In this document: piece by piece, positions 38,214 through 47,463 of the stretch
Position numbering within the stretch: position 1 is the stretch's first letter
How the letters are laid out: every line of letters begins with the position of its first letter
Source of the DNA: an uncultured virus (IMG/VR IMGVR_UViG_3300043446_002182)
Lineage: Duplodnaviria > Heunggongvirae > Uroviricota > Caudoviricetes
IMG/VR virus record: IMGVR_UViG_3300043446_002182
DNA length: 64,000 bases
Strand: one strand, 5' to 3'
Notes under the pieces: model-generated
Told to the model about the DNA's origin: nothing
Database searches by the model: none
The model's input: only the letters and a program-made list of their open reading frames with translations
Made by a program: the position numbers and the translations under genes

Positions 38214-38365
38214 ATATTTATATCTCAGAATGCCACTACTCTTAGTTGCTTACCGAACCTGTTAAGGTTCACCCAAATGTTCGACGTTGGTGGAGACTAA
38301 CCAAGAACAGATTAACCTTCATTGAACTTCAAATAAGTTCAGACACCAAAGATAAGGAAAAACTT
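38214..38365 (+). promoter_or_regulatory. Putative late promoter and structured 5' leader of scaffold/capsid operon
   Basis: ATATTTATA at 38214; hairpins GAACCT-GTTA-AGGTTC and TGAACTT-CAAAT-AAGTTCA; AAGGA before ATG 38366. Confidence 0.55.
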
Positions 38366-39679
38366 ATGCCACTCGATAGCAATTTGTTGAAAGAGGCAAT
38401 TGCAGACGCAAAGGCAGTCCGTCAAACGGCACTGGCCAATGCAAAGGTCGCTCTGGAAGAAGCATTTTCAGAACGCTATCACGCAATGTTTGCTGAAAAA
38501 CTGAAAGAGGATGCAGGAACCGATCTTCCACCTCCGCCAAAAGAAATTCCTCCGGTAACGGAAGAAGAAAGCGTTTCGGAACAAGAAATTGATGAACTTA
38601 TTAAAGAACTTGAAGCCGAAGTCGGTGACGAGAAGCCCGATATGGATGATGCTCCCGCAATGGACGCACCAGCCGCAGAAGTTCCACCAATGGATGCCGC
38701 ACCAGCAGCACCCGTTGACGGAGCACCATTGGCCGCAGGACAAACTGTTAAGTTGGTCCCAGTAGCCGCCCCAGCAGCCCCAGCACCAGAAGTGCCACCT
38801 GTTGATGATGCCGCCGCAGCAACGCCTCCATCTGACGTTCCCCCAACGGGCGACGAAATGGACGAGGAAATCAATCTTGATGAACTTTTGCAATCTCTCA
38901 AGGAAGAGATTGAAGGTGACGAAAAGAAGGAAGACGAGAAAGACGAAACCATTGATGAACAGACCAAGTTGGCATCATCGGGCATCGGCGGCAAGACCGG
39001 CGGTTCCGATAACAAGAAGCCATCCGCATCTGCTCACAATAGCTCGAAAATCGAGTCTGGTGGTATCAAGAACAACGGAATTCCAGAAGGAAAGTCCGGT
39101 CCTGAAGATGCAACCAATGCGGCTCGTCCTAACAAGGCCAAGAACGCAACTTCGACCAACCTCTCGACCCCATCAAAGGGTGGAGAATCTGGTCCCGCAC
39201 TCAAGGCAGCACGTCCAAACTCGAAGGGTGACTTCGAGAATACGCCAAAGCTGCATGAGGAAAACGAATCCTTGAAGAAACAACTTGAAGAACACATTGA
39301 GGTTATCAAGTATGTCAAGGGACAACTTAATGAGGTTAATTTGCTGAATGCTAAACTGCTTTACACGAACAAGCTGTTTAAGGAATTCGCAATGGGCAAC
39401 GAGCAGAAGATGCGTGTTGTCGAAATGTTTGACCTCGCCAAAAACGTTCGTGAAGTTAAACTGACTTACGCTAACATTGCCGAGTCGTTGAATTTCGGTG
39501 CAAATGAGCCAAAGAAGAAGACCAATCCGGTCGCAACTTCCACTGCTCAATCCATCACCGAAGGTCTCGCATCGAAGCCAGTCGGAAGCACGAAGCCAAG
39601 TGCTCAGATTATCTCTGAGAACAAGGTTTCAACACAGGTAACTCGATTCCAGAAACTCGCCGGAATCAAAGGTGCCTAA
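38366..39679 (+). CDS. Prohead scaffold/core protein
   Basis: LLKEAIADAKAVR..A.ANAK.ALEEAF; acidic Pro/Ala-rich middle; LNEVNLLNAKLLY; directly upstream of MCP. Confidence 0.8.
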   Translation: MPLDSNLLKEAIADAKAVRQTALANAKVALEEAFSERYHAMFAEKLKEDAGTDLPPPPKEIPPVTEEESVSEQEIDELIKELEAEVGDEKPDMDDAPAMDAPAAEVPPMDAAPAAPVDGAPLAAGQTVKLVPVAAPAAPAPEVPPVDDAAAATPPSDVPPTGDEMDEEINLDELLQSLKEEIEGDEKKEDEKDETIDEQTKLASSGIGGKTGGSDNKKPSASAHNSSKIESGGIKNNGIPEGKSGPEDATNAARPNKAKNATSTNLSTPSKGGESGPALKAARPNSKGDFENTPKLHEENESLKKQLEEHIEVIKYVKGQLNEVNLLNAKLLYTNKLFKEFAMGNEQKMRVVEMFDLAKNVREVKLTYANIAESLNFGANEPKKKTNPVATSTAQSITEGLASKPVGSTKPSAQIISENKVSTQVTRFQKLAGIKGA

Positions 39680-39723
39680 ACAACCAAAAGCAAAGTTAGC
39701 GAGTAAAAACAATCACAAAATCT

Positions 39724-41418
39724 ATGGAAAACGTTAAAGAACTGTTGACCAATGCATTGAACCCTCAAGCACGCTTGATGGCCGAAACCCGTGGACTCGT
39801 GTCCAAGTGGGAAAAGACCGGCTTGCTCGAAGGTCTCAAGAATGACATTGAGAAGTCAAACATGTCCGTTTTGCTTGAAAACCAAGCAAAGCAACTCATT
39901 GAAGAATCATCTGTCACTGGCACTCAGTCCAACTCTGAGCAGTGGGCAGGTGTCGCACTTCCTCTCGTTCGTCGTGTATTCGCCGAAATCGCAGCTAAGG
40001 AATTCGTCTCCGTTCAACCAATGAACCTGCCTTCGGGTCTGGTGTTCTACTTGGACTTCAAGTATGGCACGACCACTGGTGCGTTCACGGCTGATTCGAG
40101 CACCAACTATTCATCCCTCTTCGGTGGAACGGGTGCTAAGTCTGGTTCGACTGACCAACCAACGGGCGGTCTCTATGGCCCGGGCCGTTATGCCTACACT
40201 GTCAACGACCAAATTGCATGGAGCCAGTCCACTGGTTCTGCTGCAACTGTCGCAGACATCAACTTCGATACTGGTAACAGTAACGATTCAGTTAACCAAA
40301 CGTTGTCAGCATCGCTGGCCGCTGGTCAACTCTATACCTTGACCACCAATAACTTGACTTCGGTTGTGTTGTCAGCCTCGGGTTCATACCCAGACCTCAA
40401 CGCAGTCCGTTCGTTCTCGCCATCTGGCTCGGGTATCGTTACCTACTTCCCCGGCTTCACCCGCTTTAGCGGTGCAGAAGTTGTGTTCGTTGTCTCTGGT
40501 TCGGCAATTTTGACTGGTTCGGCATCGCCCGCAATCAAGGTCAACTTGAGCTTGCAACCAAAGGATACTTCCCGTGGTGACTTTGAAGACCGTCTCGGTG
40601 CTTCGACCACTGCTACGGATACTGGTCTTAACAAAGACATTGGTATTCCAGAAGTTAACCTCGAACTCCGCAGCGAGCCTATCGTTGCTAAGACCCGTAA
40701 GTTGAAGGCTGTCTGGACTCCAGAATTGGCTCAAGACTTGAACGCCTACCACTCGGTTGACGCAGAAGCAGAATTGACTGCACTGTTGTCAGAGTATGTT
40801 TCGATGGAAATCGATCTCGAAATCCTCGACATGCTTATCAACAACGCCCCAGCAATCAACAAAGAACGCTGGTCGGCTAAGTTGAACCGTGAAATCATCA
40901 AGACTGGTGCTTCCAGCTACCAGATTGTTGACCAAACGACCGCTGGTTCCGGTGGTTACTACACCAAGGCAACTTGGTATCAAACCCTCGGTAACAAGAT
41001 TCAAAAGGTATCTAACAAGATTCACCAATTGACTCTCCGTGGTGGTGCAAACTTCATGGTCGTCGGTCCAGATGTGGCAACCATCCTCGAATCCATCCCC
41101 GGATTTGTGGTGAACACAGACGGTGACTCGGCCAAGTTCGCAATGGGCGTTTCTCGTGTTGGTAGCTTCGCAAGTCGCTTCCAAGTTTACAAGAACCCAT
41201 ACATGCAAGAGAACTTGATTCTCATGGGCTTCCGTGGAAATAACTTCCTCGAAACCGGCGCAGTGTATTCCCCATACATTCCGCTCATCCAGACCCCTCT
41301 GGTGTATGACCCTGTGAACTTCACGCCTCGCCGTGGTGTCATGACTCGTTACGCCAAGAAGATTGTGCGTCCTGAGTTCTACGGTCTCATCTACGTGGCA
41401 GACACGAACCAAGTCTAA
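39724..41418 (+). CDS. Major capsid protein (gp23-like)
   Basis: PLVRR, VQPMNLPSG, AKTRKLKA.WTPELAQDL.AYH..DAEAEL, YSPYIPL, FTPRRGVMTRY. Confidence 0.97.
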   Translation: MENVKELLTNALNPQARLMAETRGLVSKWEKTGLLEGLKNDIEKSNMSVLLENQAKQLIEESSVTGTQSNSEQWAGVALPLVRRVFAEIAAKEFVSVQPMNLPSGLVFYLDFKYGTTTGAFTADSSTNYSSLFGGTGAKSGSTDQPTGGLYGPGRYAYTVNDQIAWSQSTGSAATVADINFDTGNSNDSVNQTLSASLAAGQLYTLTTNNLTSVVLSASGSYPDLNAVRSFSPSGSGIVTYFPGFTRFSGAEVVFVVSGSAILTGSASPAIKVNLSLQPKDTSRGDFEDRLGASTTATDTGLNKDIGIPEVNLELRSEPIVAKTRKLKAVWTPELAQDLNAYHSVDAEAELTALLSEYVSMEIDLEILDMLINNAPAINKERWSAKLNREIIKTGASSYQIVDQTTAGSGGYYTKATWYQTLGNKIQKVSNKIHQLTLRGGANFMVVGPDVATILESIPGFVVNTDGDSAKFAMGVSRVGSFASRFQVYKNPYMQENLILMGFRGNNFLETGAVYSPYIPLIQTPLVYDPVNFTPRRGVMTRYAKKIVRPEFYGLIYVADTNQV

Positions 41419-41436
41419 TCTTGGTGACAGAATCAC

Positions 41437-41467
41437 GAACCCCGACTTCGGTCGGGGTTCTTTTTTT
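41437..41467 (+). terminator. Intrinsic terminator after MCP
   Basis: GAACCCCGAC-TTCG-GTCGGGGTTC-T7. Confidence 0.92.
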
Positions 41468-41500
41468 GTACTGACGAAATGAATTTTGATATTTATATTC

Positions 41501-42385
41501 ATGAAGGTAATTGCATACACTGCATTAGTCCTCTTAAGTGTATTTGCGTTAATTTGCAACTCTTCTAAACCCATAGTGTTAGACTCTGATTGTAACCGTG
41601 ATTCTATCCAAATTGCCCTCGATTCCAATTCATCTATCCGTCTTCCCAACAAAACAATCGAAGTTGATGCCCCAATTATTCTGTCCCGCAGCAATCAGAA
41701 ACTTATCGGTGGAACAAATACCGTGTTGGTTTTGAAGAGCAACGCCAACTGTCCTGTCATCATTATTGGTCTTCAAGAAAATGTTCCCATCCAAAAAGTT
41801 TCGATAGAGAACATTCGGATTGATGGCAACCGATTGCAGCAAACAAACGAAACGTGGAAACCCTCTGGCCTCGGTCATTTGATGTATAATAACGGCATCA
41901 TCGTCCAGAACGCCCGTTCAGTTTCGATAAAGAACGTGACTGTTTACAACTGTCGGTCGGGCGGATTAGTCTCTACTTATCATGTTTCTCGTTTGACCGT
42001 TGATTCCAGCGAATTCTACAACAATCAATTTGATGGCATTGCTTGTTATCAGACTACAAAAAGCGTCTTCAAGAATTCAAAGACACATGATAACTTGGCC
42101 GCAGGAATTTCACTAGACCTAGATTTCAACAGGAACGACTTCAAGAACATGGATGTTTACAACAATGATATTGGTATCTTCATGCGAAAGTCTAATGGTA
42201 ACATGTTTGACCGAATTTACATGGCTGGTAATCGTTCTCATGACATTTTCATGTCATCCGTGGATGACTTACCAAATACGGGCTGTTCACAGAATACTTT
42301 TGTTTTAACCAAGAACCGGACTATTTATGACCGAGACATGCAGTGTGTCTCAAACACCTATTTAACAATTCCGCTTGACAGATGA
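41501..42385 (+). CDS. Right-handed beta-helix (pectate-lyase-like) protein with N-terminal signal/anchor
   Basis: MKVIAYTALVLLSVFALIC; IENIRIDGN, NGI, DGI, NDIGI repeats. Confidence 0.75.
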   Translation: MKVIAYTALVLLSVFALICNSSKPIVLDSDCNRDSIQIALDSNSSIRLPNKTIEVDAPIILSRSNQKLIGGTNTVLVLKSNANCPVIIIGLQENVPIQKVSIENIRIDGNRLQQTNETWKPSGLGHLMYNNGIIVQNARSVSIKNVTVYNCRSGGLVSTYHVSRLTVDSSEFYNNQFDGIACYQTTKSVFKNSKTHDNLAAGISLDLDFNRNDFKNMDVYNNDIGIFMRKSNGNMFDRIYMAGNRSHDIFMSSVDDLPNTGCSQNTFVLTKNRTIYDRDMQCVSNTYLTIPLDR

Positions 42386-42403
42386 TAGCGGAAATAGTAA
42401 ACT
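42375..42403 (+). promoter_or_regulatory. sigma70-type promoter of release-factor gene
   Basis: TTGACA-17 nt-TAAACT, 8 nt before ATG 42412. Confidence 0.7.
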
Positions 42404-42411
42404 CTACGAGT

Positions 42412-43048
42412 ATGATTATCGAAATCAGAGCATCAGAAGGCGGCGACGACGCCAAGTCATTGGTGTTGACGCAGGTTGACATTTACACCCGCTTAGTCAA
42501 ACGTTCGGGGTTACTTTGACCTCGAAATTGTTGACCTAAGACCGGGGTTGGCAGTTCTTCAAGTCGGTCAGGATGCCGCTCATATCTTCAAAAATGAATC
42601 GGGTGGCCATCGTTGGCAACACGCTCCCACAGGAAAAGTTCATACCAGCACCATCACGGTCGCTGTCATGGACGAACCTTCCCCAATCGAACTCCAAATC
42701 AACCCAAACGATTTGGATATAATAACTACCCGTGCGGGTGGAAATGGGGGTCAGAACCGAAACAAGGTTGAGACTTGTATTGTTATTCGTCACATACCGA
42801 CAAATACGGTTGTGCGTTGTGCATCTGAACGTTCACAATATCAAAACAAAGAAAGTGCGATGAAAGTTCTTAAAGCACGGTTATGGGATTTGAAAAAATC
42901 TCAAATGCATAAAGAACAATGTAACCAACGAAATCAACAGATTGGTTGCGGTGATAGACGAAGAACTATTCAGGCACAGAACAATGTTGTGAAAGACCGA
43001 GATGGGCGTGTTTGGAGGTATCAAGACTATTTGAAGGGGAAGTGGTAA
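42412..43048 (+). CDS. Truncated class I peptide chain release factor (RF1-like), expressed via +1 frameshift at 42514-42520
   Basis: Frame 0 MIIEIRASEGGDDAK...SGLL*; +1 frame DLEIVD...ESGGHRWQ...VHTST.TVAVM...GGNGGQNRNK....HIPT...ERSQYQNK; 211 aa joined. Confidence 0.88.
42507..42520 (+). promoter_or_regulatory. prfB-type +1 programmed frameshift cassette
   Basis: GGGG-TTA-CTT-TGA-C with CTT TGA in frame and +1 frame continuing the RF sequence. Confidence 0.85.
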
Positions 43049-43550
43049 TATGTTGATACCGAAGAATAATTTGTTTTGCCCACACGACTAAATCTTCGGG
43101 GCGTTGTCCTGATGGATGAGATTTACACCAAAGTTCAAGATTATCGGGATGATTATCTGCTCGGCGACCGTTTTTATGATGGACTTGTTCATCTTTTTCA
43201 AGCGGTCGTCCGAGTATTTTTTCCATGACCATTCGGTGCTCCAAGTATTGTTTACCATCAATCGTAAACGCCTTATATCCTTTGTCGGTGATATAACCTT
43301 GTCCTTTTTCGTTGATAAGGATTTTGGTTGCATCACCGTGGCGTTTCCATCGTCCATAATGCTTATGGCACAGTGGATGGTCGGTCTTCAAATCCTTTGC
43401 CGCCAAACCTCCGCAAATGACGCAGGATTTGTCCAACGACGTTAAGGTAACATTTGGGTCGCCATGACGCTTCCAACGCTTGTAATGCCTATCACAGTAG
43501 TTTTTACGACGTGTTTGGTTTGTGCATCCTTCGGCTAAACATTTTCTCAT
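42966..43550 (-). CDS. HNH homing endonuclease
   Basis: Two C...C..HY.RWKRHGD repeats; EHR.VME..LGR.L...E.VHHKNG.R.DN...NLELW. Confidence 0.88.
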   Translation of the reverse strand: MRKCLAEGCTNQTRRKNYCDRHYKRWKRHGDPNVTLTSLDKSCVICGGLAAKDLKTDHPLCHKHYGRWKRHGDATKILINEKGQGYITDKGYKAFTIDGKQYLEHRMVMEKILGRPLEKDEQVHHKNGRRADNHPDNLELWCKSHPSGQRPEDLVVWAKQIILRYQHITTSPSNSLDTSKHAHLGLSQHCSVPE

Positions 43551-43676
43551 GATAATAAATAGAAACAAAAAAGTAATGGTGGATTATTATATGTTATATT
43601 CTTATTTTGTCACACAATTGGAAATGGTAAATGGAAAGGCGTTTAATGTGAATAAGACGCATATTTATACTTAGCC

Positions 43677-44429
43677 ATGATTTCCTTTGCAAACATAATG
43701 CGGAAGATGTTGCTTGAGCGTATGTCATTCAGTGACCTTTACGCCAGTAGCACCCCTGACCGTGTTGACCGTTCCAAGAATGTAAATGCCCGCTCCCTCC
43801 GTGTCACCAGCATGGGTGGACAGGAAGCATGGACATTCACATACAAATCCAACCCATCTACGACGGGACATCGTTGGCATGGCTACGTTCGTTTCTTAAA
43901 CGAAGATGTCATGCAGGCAACCAGTGCCGCCGAGTTGGATTGTATGGTGGACTGTGACTGCCCCGACTATCGCTATCGGTTTGCTTACAACAATGCCAAA
44001 GCCGATGCTGGGGCAATTGGACCGGGGTCATGGAATCAGAACAATGGTCGTCCTCCCCGCCCTCGTGAACAAGGTGGAGTTGGTGACTATGGCACGGGCA
44101 TGTGCAAACATTTGATTGCTCTCGGCGAATTCTTGAAAACGAACATCGAACCCGATGCTCCTGAACCAGAAGAACCAAAAGCAACTCAGCCCCAACAGCA
44201 ACCTAAGCCAGTTGCTCCCAAACCAAAAGTCAAACCACAACCCAAGCAAAAGCCGCAGCCAAAACCTGCGTCTCAACGTCCACAAACTGTCAATGCACCA
44301 GACCCCGACGATGACAGTTATTCAGACTCTCGTGGGGACATGTTGCAAGAGACGACTGGACACTTGGCGGAACGACTGAATAACTTGGTGAAATCCAAAC
44401 CAGAATTTGACGTGTGGTATGAAGACTGA
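43677..44429 (+). CDS. SWIM-type Zn-finger protein with Pro/Gln/Lys-rich tail
   Basis: CDCPDY.Y.F...CKHL; ATATTTATA at 43661. Confidence 0.7.
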   Translation: MISFANIMRKMLLERMSFSDLYASSTPDRVDRSKNVNARSLRVTSMGGQEAWTFTYKSNPSTTGHRWHGYVRFLNEDVMQATSAAELDCMVDCDCPDYRYRFAYNNAKADAGAIGPGSWNQNNGRPPRPREQGGVGDYGTGMCKHLIALGEFLKTNIEPDAPEPEEPKATQPQQQPKPVAPKPKVKPQPKQKPQPKPASQRPQTVNAPDPDDDSYSDSRGDMLQETTGHLAERLNNLVKSKPEFDVWYED

Positions 44430-45558
44430 TAAACTCAAAGAACTCATTCGACACATTGTCATGGAAAGCCTTGATGCTTTGCAAGAAGAGCATCAAAAAG
44501 GCGAGTGGTGGATTACCGACGATGGTGGAACAATTTTTGCCGATATTGATATTGGCGACTCAGGACATGAAGGCGTTGTCATTCAGCATTTGACAAGCGA
44601 GATTCTTGGCCATTTCAACATTCATGACGTAGAAGGCGGAATGAACGACTATGAAGAGACCATTAAAGGTGTATTGGAGTCAGACGGTAGGTTTTCAGAA
44701 GAAGATAACGAAGAGTGGGAAAGCCGAGGCCCATCGGAAGTCATCCTCAAGAAAATCATTGAAGATAAACTGTATCCTACCCCTGAGCAGGCCGAAGACG
44801 CTCTCTACATTGCTTACGGAAATACATCCCGAGACGCACGTAACTATGGAATGAGATACTTGAACTGGAAGATAATGAAGACTTACGGCAAGTATATTGA
44901 AATCCAGACGTGGCATCTGAAGCCAGACGATTTGTCGGCCATCGTTCGTGGATTGTGGGACATCATCGAAGATGACCCTGAGAACGAAGAAGACCCCGAC
45001 AATCAAGTTGGAGAAGATGGTTTCCAAGGCCCACGCATCAATCTGACCGTAGCTGCTTCACAGAAACGCTTCCACGATATTCCTATGGCGGTGCTTGAGA
45101 AGAAGATGGCACAGAAGCTTCAAGCTTATCAGTCAGGCGTTCATGTTGGCTATACCGAAGCCATCAACGAAGATTACCATTTCCATCACAAAGAGTATCG
45201 CCTATATGAAGGCAACCGTCACATTGTTGTCGCTTTTGATGACAACACCCGTCTCAAGTTTGAAGTTCACTTCCGTAATGCACGGGGAGTTGACAAAGAG
45301 AAGTGGCGTCGTAAGGCTATGTCCACATGGAAATCATGTGCGAATGAGTTGCATCGGGACGTTCCATTGAGCGATGCTTTGAATCCTATTCAGAAGTCTT
45401 GGAAGGAATGCTTCAAGGAAGCCATGAAGAACCCTAAGATGAAGCCTTACATCCGAGTGCATCATCACCACAAGATTTTCGATGACAAGGGCTATCCTGC
45501 CGCAGTTCAAGGCAAACCACAAGCCGTGGTTGACCCCGTGAATCTTACCCCTCGTTAA
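44419..45558 (+). CDS. Hypothetical protein (possible internal head protein)
   Basis: LKELIRHIVMESL leader, internal INE boundary. Confidence 0.6.
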   Translation: MKTDKLKELIRHIVMESLDALQEEHQKGEWWITDDGGTIFADIDIGDSGHEGVVIQHLTSEILGHFNIHDVEGGMNDYEETIKGVLESDGRFSEEDNEEWESRGPSEVILKKIIEDKLYPTPEQAEDALYIAYGNTSRDARNYGMRYLNWKIMKTYGKYIEIQTWHLKPDDLSAIVRGLWDIIEDDPENEEDPDNQVGEDGFQGPRINLTVAASQKRFHDIPMAVLEKKMAQKLQAYQSGVHVGYTEAINEDYHFHHKEYRLYEGNRHIVVAFDDNTRLKFEVHFRNARGVDKEKWRRKAMSTWKSCANELHRDVPLSDALNPIQKSWKECFKEAMKNPKMKPYIRVHHHHKIFDDKGYPAAVQGKPQAVVDPVNLTPR

Positions 45559-45576
45559 TTGTTCACAAGTAACAAA

Positions 45577-45729
45577 TCATATGCTGCAACACATGTTGCA
45601 GTTCCGCTGCATGTAAAACGTAATGCCACCGTAACCACTCGTATTATCAATAACGAGGCTTGATGATACCGATGCCGATAAATTTCCGACTGTCCCGAAT
45701 GTGAGTTGTGAGTTTCCGTCGTATGCCAT
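45577..45729 (-). CDS. Small ORF or frameshifted gene remnant
   Basis: AAGGAG then MAYDGNSQLTFGTVG... 50 aa; +1 frame continues to ...AAYDLLLVNN at 45555. Confidence 0.4.
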   Translation of the reverse strand: MAYDGNSQLTFGTVGNLSASVSSSLVIDNTSGYGGITFYMQRNCNMCCSI

Positions 45730-45738
45730 AAATGCTCC

Positions 45739-47457
45739 TTAGAAAATGAACCAGCTTCCACTATATGCATGAAGAGTTAGCGATGCATATTGTGTTGTGA
45801 TTTGTTGTTGTGATTGACCATCAATCAAATCGGTTCCGCTTGCACTAATGACCAGTGACCCCGAGTTGTCAATCTTTTTGATGTTGAAAATTTGCCCATC
45901 AAGACCCGTGGTTGATGGTAATGTGATGATAAACGAACCACTTCCCAGCAACGCATAATCAAAGCTATTGGGCGTATAACTGGCCGTAATAATCTGGATT
46001 GCTTGCTTCATTCCGACCATGACAGATCCAGATTGTCTCAAAAATGAGCCACTGGCAGTGTTACCATATTCAGCGGATGTCAAGTGATAATAGTTGCCAC
46101 TTGAGCCGCCCTGAATGTTATTCAGGTTGTTGTGGTCGGTAATACCCGCAGGAGAAAATGTCTGATTGAATGCCGAGTCTATTTGAACCGATTGGCTTGT
46201 ACCTTGTTGGAAGATGGCTCTTCCGACCAAGAAAATAACTTCTCCGGTTTCACCCGGCACGGCAGGCGGTTGGCTTGCAACTGCGTCCGCCAAAACCCGA
46301 TATTGAGTTCCAAGCTGGATTGCCGCTGAGTTTCGATTTTCGGTTGAACGATATACCCAATTGACAACATAATAGTTGTTGCTAAGTGGAACCAGATTAG
46401 TTCCATCATCATAGACCGTGTTGATGTATGTGCTTTGGATAGAACCCGAAAACACGCTGGCAGAATGGGAGAATAAAATCATTCTTCCAGTTGCACTGTT
46501 GAACTGTGGGATGGATGTTCTTACAATACCTTTCCATACACTGCCCGATGTGATGGTAACATACATCGAACTGCTCTGGCCAAGAACCAGCCCCGTTTCT
46601 CGTTTGATTTCTTCCAATGCTTGCGTGCGAAGAAGTTGTTTGTTGGGCAAAGAAATTGCGGGGCTATCCCAATCCGTATAGGACAATGCACCATCAACAC
46701 CGTTGAAAACCGTGAATACTTGTGTCGTCTGGATTCCATCTACGGAATCTTTGTTGGTGTTGAAAGTGTAAATTGGAGAACCGTTGTTATATGTTACCAA
46801 AACATACATGGCATCATACAACGATGCCGTCATTGCAAAACTCGCCGATTGGAGAGCATAAACACTTAGTATCCCCGTGCCATCACTGTTTGTGCAAAGA
46901 CAAACACTACCTGTTCCAACATGAACAATACTTCCAGATGGACTGAAACTGCTCGAAGTAAAGCTCGGAACTGAAAGCATACCCACATACAAGTGGGGAG
47001 TTGCCAAAGAAAACGAAGCCGTATATGCGTTTGATGCAGAAACGGTGGATACTGCAACACTGGCGGTGTTTGCCCAGCTTGAGGTTACTGCATATGATGC
47101 TGAAGTGCTGGGACTGCCGGGAGCATAGGATGCACTAATTGCCGTAGTTGCTGATACCGCTAAAGATGCTGTGTCAGCAAACTCGGCAGATATGGCAAGT
47201 GAGGCCGTGTCAGCAATGATTGCGGTTGCTGCTGAAGATGCAACGTTGGCATATGATGCCGAAATGGATTGTGATACAGTTTGTCCAGTCGTGACTATTC
47301 CCTGACCATACGAAGCCGAAGGCAGTGAAAGAACAACTTCTCCCCGGCCATCCAAAAGGTAATACGTGCTACCAGTAGGTTGGTATTTTTGAAGAACATT
47401 CTGATAACTTTCAGAAATGTATTGATTGGTAAAATCTCGTGTTGGGAAGGATGGCAT
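45739..47457 (-). CDS. Tail-fibre-like protein with SASYA/TAS repeats
   Basis: Ser/Ala repeats; C-terminal ITLP....GQ...IKK......IDG......W fibre-type domain. Confidence 0.65.
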   Translation of the reverse strand: MPSFPTRDFTNQYISESYQNVLQKYQPTGSTYYLLDGRGEVVLSLPSASYGQGIVTTGQTVSQSISASYANVASSAATAIIADTASLAISAEFADTASLAVSATTAISASYAPGSPSTSASYAVTSSWANTASVAVSTVSASNAYTASFSLATPHLYVGMLSVPSFTSSSFSPSGSIVHVGTGSVCLCTNSDGTGILSVYALQSASFAMTASLYDAMYVLVTYNNGSPIYTFNTNKDSVDGIQTTQVFTVFNGVDGALSYTDWDSPAISLPNKQLLRTQALEEIKRETGLVLGQSSSMYVTITSGSVWKGIVRTSIPQFNSATGRMILFSHSASVFSGSIQSTYINTVYDDGTNLVPLSNNYYVVNWVYRSTENRNSAAIQLGTQYRVLADAVASQPPAVPGETGEVIFLVGRAIFQQGTSQSVQIDSAFNQTFSPAGITDHNNLNNIQGGSSGNYYHLTSAEYGNTASGSFLRQSGSVMVGMKQAIQIITASYTPNSFDYALLGSGSFIITLPSTTGLDGQIFNIKKIDNSGSLVISASGTDLIDGQSQQQITTQYASLTLHAYSGSWFIF

Positions 47458-47463
47458 AACGCA

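Noticed and set aside
38223..38365. tRNA gene in the structured leader
   Set aside because: No TTC T-loop in cloverleaf context, acceptor stem or CCA end; no tRNA recognised anywhere in the window by eye
40789..41694. Long antisense ORFs (also 15647..16330, 29872..30696, 50109..50918, 26055..26681)
   Set aside because: Shadow frames opposite well-supported genes with no recognisable motifs
42548..43048. Release factor as a standalone 166-aa ORF from TTG
   Set aside because: The conserved EIRAxxGGD segment and the promoter belong to the upstream frame starting at 42412
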